Source: Hyaloraphidium curvatum SAG 235-1 (taxonomy: Eukaryota; Fungi; Monoblepharomycota). From it: a stretch of 64,000 nt of DNA. The stretch lies in NCBI GenBank assembly GCA_025558095.1, contig JAIVFI010000006.1, positions 744,001 through 808,000 on the forward strand, given 5' to 3'. This document shows, piece after piece, positions 45,612 through 57,874 of this stretch. Numbering within the stretch: the first letter of the stretch is position 1; every line of letters begins with the position of its first letter. The notes under the pieces are model-generated. The model was not told the origin of the DNA and made no database searches. It saw only the letters and a list, made by a program, of their open reading frames with translations. The position numbers were made by a program, and so were the translations under genes.

Positions 45612-46730
45612 TCATCCCTCGGCTTCGTAGTAAAAGAACCAGTAGACAGCCGCCGCGGTCCTGGCCAGAACGTCGTGGCGGACCTCGCCCGGCTCCGTCT
45701 CGCCCCGTGCGATCTGCCCCTCGCCGTTGCGGATGTAGCCGGCAAAGAGGACCGTACCCAAATTGTCGGGGAGGATCACGTAGCTGGAAGGATGCCAGGC
45801 AGTGAGGTGGATACGCGAACGCGCTCGCCGCGAGCACCCACCCGATGTCGTTCTGGCACCCGCGGATGGTCCCCGTCTTGTTGCCCGCCCTGACGCCCGG
45901 CGGCATCCCCGCGCGGAACCGCCTCGTGTCCCTGCACCGCGACATGACTCCCGTGATCCGCTCCCTGGCCTCGGCGCTCGCGCCCTCCCCGCTGAACATC
46001 TTGGCCATCAGCTTCACCATCCCCGCCGGGCTCGCCTTGTCCCGCGCCACGGCGTCCAGCGCAGCGGGGTTGGGGGGCATCCGCGAGGCCTGGTACCGCT
46101 CCGCCAGCTCGGGTTGCTCCCGTTCCAGCTTGGCGTACTTGTCCCTCAGCGGCGTCTCCGTGTCCTCGACGTCGAACAGCTCGGGCCAGCTCCGCTGCAG
46201 GAACTCCTTGGTCGTCGAGACCGGGTTGATCTCCTTCCCGTCGCCGACCTCCATCCCCATCGATTCTAGGTGCTTCCGCACGGCCGCGACGCCACCTATC
46301 CGCCGCAGGAGGACGTCCGTGGCCGTATTGTCCGACAAGGTCATCATCATCTCCAGCAGGTTGGCCACGGAGAAGGCGGCGCCGGGGTGTCCTCCCTGTT
46401 CCCGTCCGGAGCGTCAGACGCGCCCTCGACGCGTCGATAACGGCGACGACCCACCCACACCACTTCTGGGTACTCGATGGAGACGTCCATGACCTCCACG
46501 GGTATCAACTCCCCCGGCGCGATCTCACCGCGCTCCTCGGCCGCCAGGACCGCCAGCGCCACGGGCAGCTTGACGGTCGACGCCATCGGGAACAGTTCGT
46601 GTGCGTTGTACTCCAACGAAAGCCCGGATTCGAGGTGCAGCGCGGCGACACCGAGGCGGCCCGACGTCAAGCGCGAGAGGGAGGCGAGGGCCGCGAGGGC
46701 GCGTTCCCGCGGCGTCGGAGAAGGACCCAT
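45612..46730 (-). CDS. Class A beta-lactamase-fold serine hydrolase; 2 introns
   Basis: GRLGVAA, FPMASTVK (SxxK), SDNTATD (SDN), NKTGT (KTG), NDIG|YV. Confidence 0.88.
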
Positions 46731-46850
46731 CGCGGGCAGGCAGCAGGGAGGGAGGAATGCGGGCTGTGCCGAGCGCGCTTCGCCGCCGAAGCATCCACCC
46801 AACCCTGGTCGACCCTCAACCCTGGTCGGAGCGGGTTCCGAACGAGAATC

Positions 46851-47436
46851 ATGGTGTTCACCGCCCACACGACCGCCACTACCTCTCTTTCGGACTCGAG
46901 GCCTCCCTCGAAGCCGTCCGACTGAACAACCTGGGCGGCAAGCACGCGTCCGCGGGCCGCTACGGCCTCGCCATCGACGCCTTCAACCGCGCCCTGGAAA
47001 TCAAGGAGCGGATCTACGGGAAGATCAGCGTGAGGGGGACGCGGAGAAACTCGAGAAGGCGCGGGCGGTCGCCGAGGAGATGCTCGCCATCGCCGAACGC
47101 ATCGGCAGCGCGGAACAGAAGCGCATCGCCAAGGAGATCCTGGCGGACATCGCCAAGCTGCTCGGCGGGAATGCCAAGCCGATGAATGCCAAAGACGACT
47201 CGAAGGAGTCCACCGTGCTGTCGGCGGAGAAGGGCGCCACCATCTCGGTCGAGCCCCCGACCCGGAGGTGCTTCAACCCGCGGTGCCCGCACTCGACGAT
47301 CAACGGCGCGCCGGTGCCCAACGCGGACGGCACCGAGCGGCAGTTTCTCCGCTGCTCGAGGTGCAAGAGGGTCTATTACTGCGGCGCGCAGTGCCAGAGG
47401 CAGGCGTGGGCAGAGCACAAGCGCTCGTGCGAGTGA
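46851..47436 (+). pseudogene. TPR + MYND protein, apparently frameshifted
   Basis: LNNLG...AFNRALEIKERIYG TPR in one frame; CFNPRC...RCSRCKRVYYCGAQCQRQAWAEHKRSC in another. Confidence 0.6.
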
Positions 47437-47455
47437 CGGGACCGTCGGTGTGGGG

Positions 47456-48554
47456 CTACAAGGAAGCCCCGTTGGCGGCTGCCTGGTAGAACGTGTTCTC
47501 CCCGTACCCGGCCCTCGTCGTCATCCCGCCGTCGATGATGTGCTCGGCGCCCGTTCTGCGGAGAGGAATCACTGCGTCAGTCGCTGTGCGCGGCAACGGG
47601 TGCAGCGGACCCACGTGAAGGAGCTCTCGGTGCTCGCGAGGTACAGGATGAGGTTCGCGACCTCGATAGGGTTGCCGAGGCGGTTCATCGGCTGCGCCTG
47701 CTCCAAGCGGGCGAGATTGGCTTGCTGGATCGCGGGGTCGAGGGCGGGGTCGCGGAGAGCACGGTCGAGCAGCGGTGTATCAAAATAAGTTGGGTGAACG
47801 GAATTTACTCGTATGTTCTTGGGCGCGAGGAAGAGGGCAGCGTGCTTGGTGAGCCCGCGGACGGCCCACTTCGTCGTCGTGTACGTCATCCCCGTCATCC
47901 CCGTCAGGCCCGCAACCGATGAAAAGTTGATTATCGACTTGCCCTCGGGCACGGGGTTCTTCTCCATCGATGCCGCGCCCGCCTTGATCCCGAAATAGAA
48001 GCCGTCCAGATTGATCGCCATCATGTTGCGCCAATCCGATGTCGGGTGCTGCGAGATGCTGGCGTCCAGGCTGCGCATGTAGTCCGCGTACTCGAAGCCG
48101 ATGCCCGCGTTGTTCAGCAGGACGTCCTGCGTTCGCCATTGTCGTGAGCGGGGGATGGCGGACCCGACCGGAGCGGGAGACGAACCAAGGGGCCGTAGGT
48201 CAGCTCGGTAAACTCCACCGCCTTTGTCCATTGCTCCTCCTTCGTCACGTCCAGGGGAAACCTGCCGAAGTTCCGTTCAGACGCCGTCCGGACGAATCCC
48301 GGGGAAACGGACCAAGCCGCGCGCCCGCCCTCCTTCTCAATCTCGGCCGCCAACGCCTTGCCCCTCTCATCGAACACGGGCAAATCCGTCAGGACGATGC
48401 GTGCGCCGTGGGCCGCCAGCAGCTTCCCGCACGTGCTCCCGAAGCCGCCGTCCGACGTCGCGCCCGAAATCAGGACGACTCGGCCCTGCCCCGTCGACGC
48501 GTTCAGCATGCGCGGGCCGGTTCCGGCAGCGCTGGCAACGGCGGGAGACGCCAT
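47456..48554 (-). CDS. Short-chain dehydrogenase/reductase; multi-exon
   Basis: ISGATSDGGFG, NNAG, NFSS, YTTTK, RVNSVHP, IIDGG. Confidence 0.9.
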
Positions 48555-49241
48555 GCTGCGGCCGCGCCGTGGGAGGAGACTGCGGGATAGCGGGGGAGAC
48601 AATACGGCGGGTCGAGGACTAGGCGGAACAAGGGCCGATAGGAGGCGGGCGGAACAGCATCGGACGAGCAGAAGAAGGACCCTTCGTGACCAGAGAATGC
48701 CTCGCCTTTCTACATCCTGTGCGGAGTTGTATGGACGTCTCGCGGACACTTGATCCATGTCCCGCGGAGCCCGCTTTCACTACCCCACGGGGTGGTGCCG
48801 ATTGGACGGCAAGGTCACCGTCCTCAGCATCCTATGCCAAAGCGTTACATCCGTCCTCGACATCCGTGTGGGGTGCGGCGGCTGCCTTTGCGTTCGGATC
48901 AACGGCACAGCTCGGTGCGGCAGGGCGGAACGAACTTTGCGCTGCCCCGACGCTGAGCCGCGATCGCCGGTCCCACGTCGTCCGAACCCCCCCCCCCCCC
49001 CCGCCCTTCCGGACAGTCGCGCACCCACGATCACCAGCCTGCTTCGTAGGGAAACCACAGCAAGGTGCCGCGGCGGCCGCGATTGGCGGCGACGGCATGT
49101 CTGACGGCTCATATCCCTCGCGGTTGGAACCATTGCCCGCACACCACATCGCCGACGGTATCGACATCGGTTTCCCTCGGAAACCGTCTCGTCGCCTCTC
49201 GGAACATCCCTTTGTCGCCAGGGGCCGTTATAGACCCGGAA

Positions 49242-49983
49242 ATGAAGATCCTCAGCTTCGCCCTCGCTGCCGCGCTCGTGGCCGCGGCTCTCGGCTCCGC
49301 CGGCGCGGCGACCGTCAACGTGCAGGTGGGGCCTGGCGGCACCCTGACGTACAACCCTGCGAGCGTCACGATTGACGTGGGGGACACGGTCCAGTGGTTT
49401 GTGGCCGCTCCCGATGGACCCTCTACGAGGATCACTGATCTCGCCCTTCCTGCTCTCCTCTCCACCGATCTCGCCCACGCGGCCCTCGTTCACAGGGACT
49501 GGGTGTCCGGAACTCACGACGTCATCATGTCGGACTCGGCGACCAGCTGCAACCAAGCCGCCAACGCCGTCTTTGCCAGCGCCATCTTCACCGGCGCCGG
49601 CAACACCTTCTCCCACACCTTCACCGCCGCCGGTACCTTCCCGTACATCTGCACCGTGGGCATTCACTGCCAGGCCGGTAGGTGTCTTGATTTTCAGAGT
49701 CCCGGGGAAGGGCCGGGCTGATATGGTTCCGTCAGGCATGAGGGGCGTCGTCATCGTCCGGCAAGCAGCCACGACCGCCACGACGGCAGCGACCGCCACC
49801 ACTGCCGCCCCGACCACCAGCGCTGCCCCGACCACCAGCGCTGCCCCGACCACCAGCGCTGCCCCGACGACCAGCGCCGCCCCGACCACGACCTCGCGGC
49901 CCGCTGCTGCCGGCCGCGTCGGGTCCGGCCTCCTGCTGGGCGTCGGCGCCGCCGTCGCGGGCGCCATGGTCGTGGCATTCTAG
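49242..49983 (+). CDS. Secreted, GPI-type cupredoxin with Thr-rich stalk; 2 introns
   Basis: Signal; GDTVQW|..THDV; YICTVGIHCQAG|MRG copper ligands; hydrophobic tail. Confidence 0.85.
49804..49890 (+). repeat. Coding 18-nt tandem repeat, (AAPTTS)x~5
   Basis: gctgccccgaccaccagc units. Confidence 0.85.
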
Positions 49984-50136
49984 GATCCGTCAGCCGCTAG
50001 AGACACCTGGAGATCGTTTAGGAGCAGACATATGGGGTATCTACGTCATTTCACTTCAGGAAGATACAGCAGATCGCAATAACATATCCCCCCTTCCTCC
50101 ACCTGCCCGTGCCCAAAATTCTCGTTGCCACGACGA

Positions 50137-53100
50137 TTAAGCTTCCTTGACGCAGAGAACCCTGAACCTCCTCGTCCGCTCGTCCCACTCCAACCCGTGG
50201 ACGTCGTGCTCGAAACCCGGCCACCGCCGGTCGAACTCGCCCAGCGCGACCAGGTAATCCAGCACTGCCGTGTCCTCGGGCCCCGTGGCCGCGCACTCCC
50301 CCGGCATCAGCACCGGTATCCCCGGGGGATACGGCGTCACCGCCACCGCGGCCGTCCTCCCCATCAGCCGGTCCAGCGGCACCTGCTCCACCTGGTTCCG
50401 CACCAGCCGGCGGTACGCCTCGGCGGGGGTCAGCCTCGCGCACGGGGGGCGGTCGAACGCGCGCACGAGCAGGCGCAGCTGGTCCTGCCCGCGCTTGAAG
50501 GCGTGCATCTCCTGGCAGAAGTCGGAGAAGAGCACGGGGTGCTCGGGGCGCGCCGAGGCGGGTTCCTCGGCGTCCGTGTCCGAGACGGAGAGGTCCAGGT
50601 TGGGGGAGCTGCCGCCCACGGGGCCGTACGCCGATCGGTACTCGGAGACCAGCTCGGGGAGCACGTCTGAGAGGGTCGCGGTGTCGCTGTCGTAGAGGCG
50701 CTTGAACTCGGCCAGCGAGTTGAGCAGCGTGTTCCACTTGCTCTCCGTCACGCCGAGCGAGAATACTGCGCGACGAAAAGAGAGGTGTCAGCTCGCCGTA
50801 GAGAAGCCACTGCGACGAAGACTAACGGAAAAGCATGGAGTAGTCCCCGGTTTTCTCGACCTGGATCCCGCGCTTGTCCAGGAACTTGGTCACGATCGCC
50901 GCTGGGATTCCGCACTCGTTCATGCTGCCGTCCACGTTGCCCCCGGGGGTGAGGATGGTGACCTTGATGGGATCGAGGAAGCAGTAGCGGTCCTGGAGGC
51001 CTTCGAATCCGTGCCACTTGTCGGCAGGATGGAGGCACCAGCAGTCCGGATCCGAAACCAGCTGGTCGATGTCGGCCTCCAGGAACGGCTTGCGGTCCTT
51101 TTCCGGCACGGTCGAGACGCCCGGCACGAGCTGCGGCTGCCACACCTCGAACCACCACGACCTGTCCAGTTTCTCCCCGTCCGCATCCTCCGCGAAGCTC
51201 AGGTTCAGCGGCGCACCCTTCTCGGCATTCCGCATCGCGTACCGCATCGCCTGCGCGCGATAGCTCTCCCCCATCCGCGCCATCTTGCGCCTGAACCTGA
51301 CCGCCTCGGCGATGCTCGCCGCGATGATCCCCGACCCCGCCCAGCCGGCCTTGCCCGGCCCCGCGCCGAGGCTGTTCTCCACCATCGCCCCGGCGACGTC
51401 GATCGAGGCCATGATGGCGTACTGCGGGCTCGTGGAGCTCTGCATCATGAAGCTCTCGTTGAGGTGCGGGTGCGGGACGTTGCCCCGCGCGCCGGCGCGG
51501 ACGTGCAGCATGGCGGCCTGGGAGAGGGCCGCGAGGAGCTTGTGCGTCGAGTGGGTGGCGAAGATGGTGGGGCCCAAGGGGGCGGGGGGCTTGGGAGCAT
51601 CGGTGCGGGAGTTGGGGCTGCTCGAGAGCTGCGAGACGGTGGAGCCGTTGGTGGGCGGGCGGGTGAGCTGGCCCTTGCGCGGGAGCGGGTTCCGCCTCTG
51701 CGCGTCCTCTTCGAAGGAGTACATGCCGAAGCGGTCGCGATACAGCGGGTGGAAGCGGGAGTAGGCCGTCCACGCCTCGTCCCAGTGGATACGCTCCACC
51801 CCGGCAGGGTCGAGCAGCTCCTTCACCATGCCGGTGTGGTAGCACAGGCCGTCGTAGGTTGAGTTGGTGATGACCGAGTAGACCACCGGGCCGTCGGGCT
51901 CCTCGTAGTGCTGTGCGAGGGGGTTGCGCCGGACCGCGTCCCAGACGGCCTCGCGGGTGAGAGAGGCAGGCCGGATTGGGCCAATTATGCCCAGACCGTT
52001 GCGCTGGGGGAGGAGGAAGGTCGGAATGCCGCCCGTCGTCTGCATGCCCTGTCGTGGAACAAATATGAGCACGGCGTGCAGCTCGTGCAAACTGAAACGC
52101 AGCAAACCTGGATGACGGACTTGTGGCAGTTTCGATCAACCAGGGCGCGGTCCCCCCTCGTCACGCAGGCGCCAATGATGACACGGTTGGACGTTGATGT
52201 CCCGTTGGTCACAAAGTAGGTCCGATCCGCGCCAAACAGCTTCGCAGCCTTCTTCTCCGCGACCTTGAGCGGGCCCGTGTGGTCGTTCAAGGAGCCGAGC
52301 TGGCTCACCGAGACCGAAAGGTCCGTCCGGAGCAGCGGCTCGCCGAAGAAGGCGTGGAACGCGGCGCCGGTCGGCGTGCGCAAGAAGGCCTGGCCGCCCG
52401 AATGTCCCGGGGTGTGCCACGAGTAGTGGCTTTCCTGGGCGAACCGCACCAGGGCGTCGAAAAAGGGGGCCGCCTTCATCACCGAGTCGACGTACTTGGC
52501 GATCTTGGCCGAGATGCGCCCCACGACGTGGGCGCAGGAGGGCTCGTTGCGGAAGACGATCTCGTTCGCCAGCTGCGAGGCCCATTCGGGCAGGTCCTCC
52601 TCGCCGTACGCGGCCGGTTCCGCCAGGATCACTATGGGGATGTCCCCGTTGATTCGCGAGCGCACGGTCAGGGCCAAGTCCTCGGCAGCCTCACTTCCGG
52701 GCTTGCGTGCCTCTGCTGGCGAGTGTGAGCCGCGCGTGTCGTTCGAGTCGGCGGTGTACGATCGAGCGGGCGACGGCGAGCGGGCCCTTGATCCGTTGAC
52801 CGCCCATCCGTTCCGCGGCAGGTCCAGCGAGCCGGGGAGCGGCGCCCGCGGCGGCGCATCTGCGTCCCGGCCTCTCTGCGAAGTATCGTGCGAGGAGAAG
52901 CTCCAGTTGTGCGCGTGCGCGTCGCGGTCGTCGGGCTCCGCGCCGGGCAGCGCGACGACCACCGCCGAGAGGCCCTGGCCCGCGTCCGAGAGCACCGTCG
53001 CCTTGGCGGCACGCAGAGACGTGACGGGCGACACGACGTGCCCGGCCCGCGACAGCTCCTGGATCAGGTTGCGGATGAAAGTGCCTCCGCCTCCACGAGC

Positions 53101-53166
53101 TTCCAACCCCGGGTCCGCGACGAGCACGTTGTTCAGCAGCCGGGGGGACGGCCCGGAGTTGGCCAT
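50137..53166 (-). CDS. Bacterial-type Orn/Lys/Arg decarboxylase (AdiA/LdcI-like, PLP fold I, with N-terminal wing-like domain); 2 introns
   Basis: WHTPGHSGG, LGSLNDHTGP, VTNGTSTSN, DRNCHKS, NSTYDG, DEAW, THSTHKLL (PLP Lys), STSPQY, DPIKVTILTPG, PYPPGIP. Confidence 0.93.
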
Positions 53167-53384
53167 TTGAACGGGAATGGATTCGTAACAAATTCAGATA
53201 GGGGGGTTTGGCCCCCGCCGGGCCCGCACCGCACGGGGAGGGGAGAGGTCGGAAGATGGGACGCGTGACCGCTCGGGCCCGAAGCGCCTCGCCAAAGCAA
53301 GATGGGCAAGACCCCTGGCAACGATGATATTCGTAGAAGCTCTCATAATGAAGAATGATGCTTTCACTGCTACCAACATCCAAT

Positions 53385-54071
53385 TCACGCCTGCGGCCAG
53401 TTTTCCGCGATCCAACCGCGCGCCTCCCTGATCCACAACTTGCTCCCCGCCCTGGCCTCCACCAGCGCCGCCGCCTCCCCCAGCGCGATCTTCGCCTCGT
53501 CCTTGTCCTGCGCCAGGGAATGGTGCCGCCTCCCCAGGTTCCAGAAGTGGAACCGCGACCTGCACTCCGAGCCGTACTCGTCGGCGCCCTCGTCGTAGAC
53601 TGCGCCGTCCTCGTCCAGGATCCGCCTTCGAATGCGCAGCTCGGCGAGGGAGAAGCGCACCGTGCGGCCGTACAGTTCCGCAGAGGCCAGCGCGCAGAGG
53701 TGCCGCGAGGCGCGCGCGAGGGTGGCCAGGGCCGCGTGGTCCATGTGCTTCATGAGCTCGGGCCAGAGGTCCTCGGGCCAGCTCCCGATCGGCACCACCG
53801 ATTCCGCACCGCAGACGGCCGCGGCATCCGTCGTCACGGGCGCGTGTTTGACGGGGGGCGGCCACCGCGGCGAGTTGGCAAAGGGCAGGAAGCTTCCGTA
53901 CGGACCGATGCCTAGCAGCGAAAACATGCGCTTCTGGTGGTCGTCGACCTCGACCGCCGAATGCGCTGGGTCACCGTGGTGCCGGACCATGCGGCGGCGC
54001 GCGTCGCGGAGGAAGGCGAGCGCGGGGGGAGATAGCGCCGGGGTCGCGGACGAGGGCGCGTCGTGCGGCAT
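53385..54071 (-). CDS. Hypothetical protein with F-box-like motif
   Basis: WPEDLWPELMKHMDHAALATLARASRHLCALASAELY. Confidence 0.55.
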   Translation of the reverse strand: MPHDAPSSATPALSPPALAFLRDARRRMVRHHGDPAHSAVEVDDHQKRMFSLLGIGPYGSFLPFANSPRWPPPVKHAPVTTDAAAVCGAESVVPIGSWPEDLWPELMKHMDHAALATLARASRHLCALASAELYGRTVRFSLAELRIRRRILDEDGAVYDEGADEYGSECRSRFHFWNLGRRHHSLAQDKDEAKIALGEAAALVEARAGSKLWIREARGWIAENWPQA

Positions 54072-54405
54072 CGTCCGTGCAATGGAGGGGGTCTGCTTCG
54101 CGGAGCTTGCTCGTGAGGAACGCGTGGAATGACGCAGGGGGTGTTTGGAGCCCTTATCAGGGGCCGTCGAAGTTCTGGGAAAGGGTTCCACGGAGAATTC
54201 CGCGGTGACGTCAGGCGACCTGACCATCCCGGCTTGTGATTCCCGGACGGCCTTCCGGCATGACCCGCGTAGCAATCAAACGCGGAAGAATGAGAGACAT
54301 AGCTCTATGGTTCCGATATCGATGGTAGTCATACAAATGCAAGCACTTCCCGCGGCAGTTCCTATCTCTTCCTGTTTCCAAAGCCAACCGCGACGGCACG
54401 ATGGC

Positions 54406-55705
54406 CTAGTAGCACGTCACGGTCACGTTCCTGATCGTCATGCCGAAGCCCTGCGACGCGTTGGGCTCCGTGAGCCACTGCGTGGCGCCGCCGGCCCACT
54501 CGCGGGTGCCGGGGGCGGAGAGGGCACCGCCGCCGTCCCAGATTCCGAACTGCAGGAATTGACGGGGTGATCAGCTTACGAGGCGGACCAGCAGCAGAAC
54601 AACAATGTACCTGGATGTTCGGGGGCTCGGTCGGGAACATGACCACCGCGGTGCCGTTGGGCATGATGAGGCGGTTGGCCGGGTCGGCGCGGTTCACGCG
54701 GTAGCACTCGCGGTCGTTGAGCAGGAACCGGATGCGGTCGCGGGTCCACTCGAAGTCGTACTTGACGAAGGTGTAGCGCAGGTTGGCCGGGTGCCGGCAG
54801 ATGCCGCCGCGGCCGTAGAAGCCGGGCGTGTCGGTCGGCACGCCGCCCTTGAACCAGTTGGTCCACACGCCGAACTCGCCCGTCTGGGTGGACCCCAGCG
54901 TCCACTCGAAGTCGATCTCGTCGTGGTTGGGCGACATGGTGATGAAGGCCAGGACCACGCCTGGGCCGTTGCGCGGGCCGGCGCGGAGGGTCGCCGACAC
55001 GCGGCCGTAGCCCCAGCGCCGGCGGTGGGTCAGCACGGCGCCGCGGCCGTGGTAGCCGCGGGTTCCGGTGGTCTCGCGGGTGGGCGGGCGCAGGAGGCGC
55101 ATGTTGACGGAGCCGTCGGGGTTGCGCTCCACGTTGCGGCCCAGGCCGTTCCACGTCGCCATCCACTCGGTCTCGGTCTCGTTGTACTCGTCCTCGAAGA
55201 TGGCAAGGGTGGGGGCGCTGAAGTCGGTGTAGACGCGGTTCTGGCACGGCAGGTCGATCGGCTTGCCCTTCGCGATCAGCTCGGGGCGCGCCGGGGCCGT
55301 CGAGACTGCCGCCTTCGTGGTCGTCTTCTTGGTGGTCGTCTTCTTGCGCTTTGTCGTCGTCTTCTTCCTCTTCGTCGTCGTCTTCTTCCGCTTGGCCGTC
55401 GTCTGGGGACGGGCAGCAGGGATAGCAGGGGAAGGGCACACCGACGGCGACGCGTTGGCAAAGACAACCCGAACGACGGCAACGGTCAGTGCCCATCGCG
55501 ATGCATGCGTGCCGGCAACAGGGCCGCGAACCTTCTTCAGCTGGCGCCTGGCGAGGTGGGGCCCATCCGCCGGCCCGCCGACGGCCGCCTCGGCGACCCC
55601 GACGTCCGCCGACTGCGCCGGCACCGCGAGCAGCGCCACCAACAAAATCAAAGCGGCGGCGACCAGCGCCGCGCCGAGCAGCCTCTTGCCCACCGCGCGC
55701 GACAT
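54406..55705 (-). CDS. GH16 glycosidase/transglycosylase (Crh-like) with polybasic Lys/Thr linker; 2 introns
   Basis: Signal; GVVLAFITMS..DEIDFEW catalytic motif; last exon FGIWDGG...GTREWAGG. Confidence 0.88.
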
Positions 55706-56352
55706 GGCAGGCAGCTCTGCGCGCCCCGGTCTCCCCGCCTCGCCCGCGTCCGCCCGGCGTCGCTGCCCGGTGCGCGGCCTCGGTGGCCCGCGAAGCGCTG
55801 CGATGCGGCGGCGGCGGCCGGCAGCGCTCGCTGATCAGGCGCAAAGGCAGGGGAAAAGTTCGGGTGCGAGGCGGAGCGGGCTGGGGTGGGACCTTCCCTT
55901 CTGGGGGATCCCTGCCCGCAGATCAACGCGATCGCGGGGCAGCGGGAGGCCATCGCGGGCCAAAAACCCGCCCGATGGACGTCTCAAGCTATGGTCATCA
56001 CGATTGCGGGGCCTGGCGGGGCGGCCGGCCCGAGAATGAAATGCCTGCGCTCCACCAGCTGGCAAGCGGCAGCTGCGGTTCGGCTGCGGCATGGCACTCC
56101 CCCCTCGAACCCTGGACCCTGGGTGGCGTTTCTCCCCCGAGAGCAGACAGATGTTCAGCAGAGCCGTCTTAAGAATTAATCTTGGCCTTGGACCGCTCCA
56201 ACGAGACAATTCAGTTGGCCTGGGCGGAATTTTCCGCGGGCTCCTCACAAGGCTTCTCAACCGTCGATCAAGACGCAGTTGCAGCTCTATACCATGGAGA
56301 AAAGAACAAGACGAATCTAGACCATTCCTTTGCTTTGTCCGCCCGCCCCAGC

Positions 56353-57874
56353 TCAGACAAAGTGCTTGAGCACCTGCGCCGTCAGGATTCCAGTGCCAAA
56401 CATGGATGCCACCGCGACGACCGAGTTGACCGAAAGCAGGGAAAACCCAGACAGACCTGAGACGAACGGCATCCGTCAGCTTCCGCGACACAGATGGTAG
56501 GCAGCAAACCCACCGTGGCCCGAAGTGCACCCCAGCGCCGTCCTGGATCCGAACCACAGCAGCACCCCCGCCAGCACCGGCTGCACCAGCGGGTTCGCCT
56601 TGGAAAGCACGATGCTCGGCGCCCCCACCCCCGCGCTCGTCAGCCCCTCCACGAGCCTCCTCGTCCCGCCGAGCTTCGCCGCCGCGTACGCTCCCGCGGC
56701 CATCATGGCGACGAACCCCCATCCCCCGACGACCGTGCGCACCGAGGCCACGGGCATCCACTTGGAGATCTCGGACTTGGAGTCGGCCAGGCCCAGCCGG
56801 TGGAAGAGGCGGCCGGCAGGGGCGATCAGGGAGAGGAACTGCGAGGTGGTGCCGAGGAAGGTGTCGCCGAAGAGGAGCATGGGCTGCAAGGAGTGGGATG
56901 TGATCGTTAGCATGCCGTTTCCGGGGGGAGCGAGAAGGAACGCACCATCTGCAGGCTGCCGATGAACATCCCGGCCGCGAGCGGATTCCAGGACTGCGCC
57001 TTGAGGGGTCCCAAAAGGCCGGTGATCGCCGCATCCTCGTAACGGTGGCTGTTCGGTCCGTAGACGTTGAGCGCCACCGCGGCTGTTCCGAGGGCCGCCG
57101 ATGAGACCAGGGCGAGCTTGGTGAAGTCCGTGTACCACGGAGCCGGTCCCTCGGCAGGCGGTGGCGCCTGCAGCGCCTTCTCTACCCTGTTCTCCACCGT
57201 CTTCCGCGAGGCGAACAGGGGCGGGAGCACCGTCCTCTCCGCGGCCGTGAACAGACTGACACCCAGCAGACCCCCCGCAAGTACCGCGCCCGTCCCGGGA
57301 ACCCCTGATCCGGCGGCGGCGAAAACCGTCCCGGGGCAGGCGCCGGCCAGCGACATGCCGGCGCCGAGGATGGCGGCGCCCGCGGCGGTCGAGGTCGAGC
57401 CGCGCTGGGAGCCGCGCTGCGTCTGGTAGCTGTCCTTGACCTTGCGGAAGTGGCGGCCCAGGAAGCGGAGCACCTGCCACTTGGATTCCTCGGGGACGGC
57501 GTTGAGGAGGCCGAAGAGGAGCTGCGAGGTCGAGACGGCCGAAAGGAACATACTCATCATGGTCATGTCGCGCAGGAGGAAGAGGTCTGCCGAGCCCGGG
57601 CATCAGATCCTCCCCCAATAGCATCGAATCATACGAGAGGCCCACCTTGGACGACTTTCGGCTCGAAGACTCTCCCCTTCTGGAGCGCGAACCCGAAGGC
57701 CATCGGGACGAACCCGGCCGAGACGAGGTACCGCACAAAGGCCTCCCAGTCGTCCGGGGCGGCCGCGGCCGACTGCGCCGCGGGGGCGGCGACCTGCTTG
57801 CCCGGCTGCGGGGTCGTTTCAGGGCCCATGGCGTGGCGGAGGTCGGATTCGGGTGCGTGCTGGACGGGTGCCAT
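56353..57874 (-). CDS. YeeE/YedE-family sulfur-compound transporter, copy 1; 3 introns
   Basis: FGFALQKGRVFEP, GAGMSLAGACPGT, FGSRTALGCTSGHG. Confidence 0.85.

Noticed and set aside
32344-53166. Bacterial contamination or a prokaryotic operon
   Set aside because: The beta-lactamase-like and decarboxylase genes carry spliceosomal introns and are interleaved with eukaryotic genes
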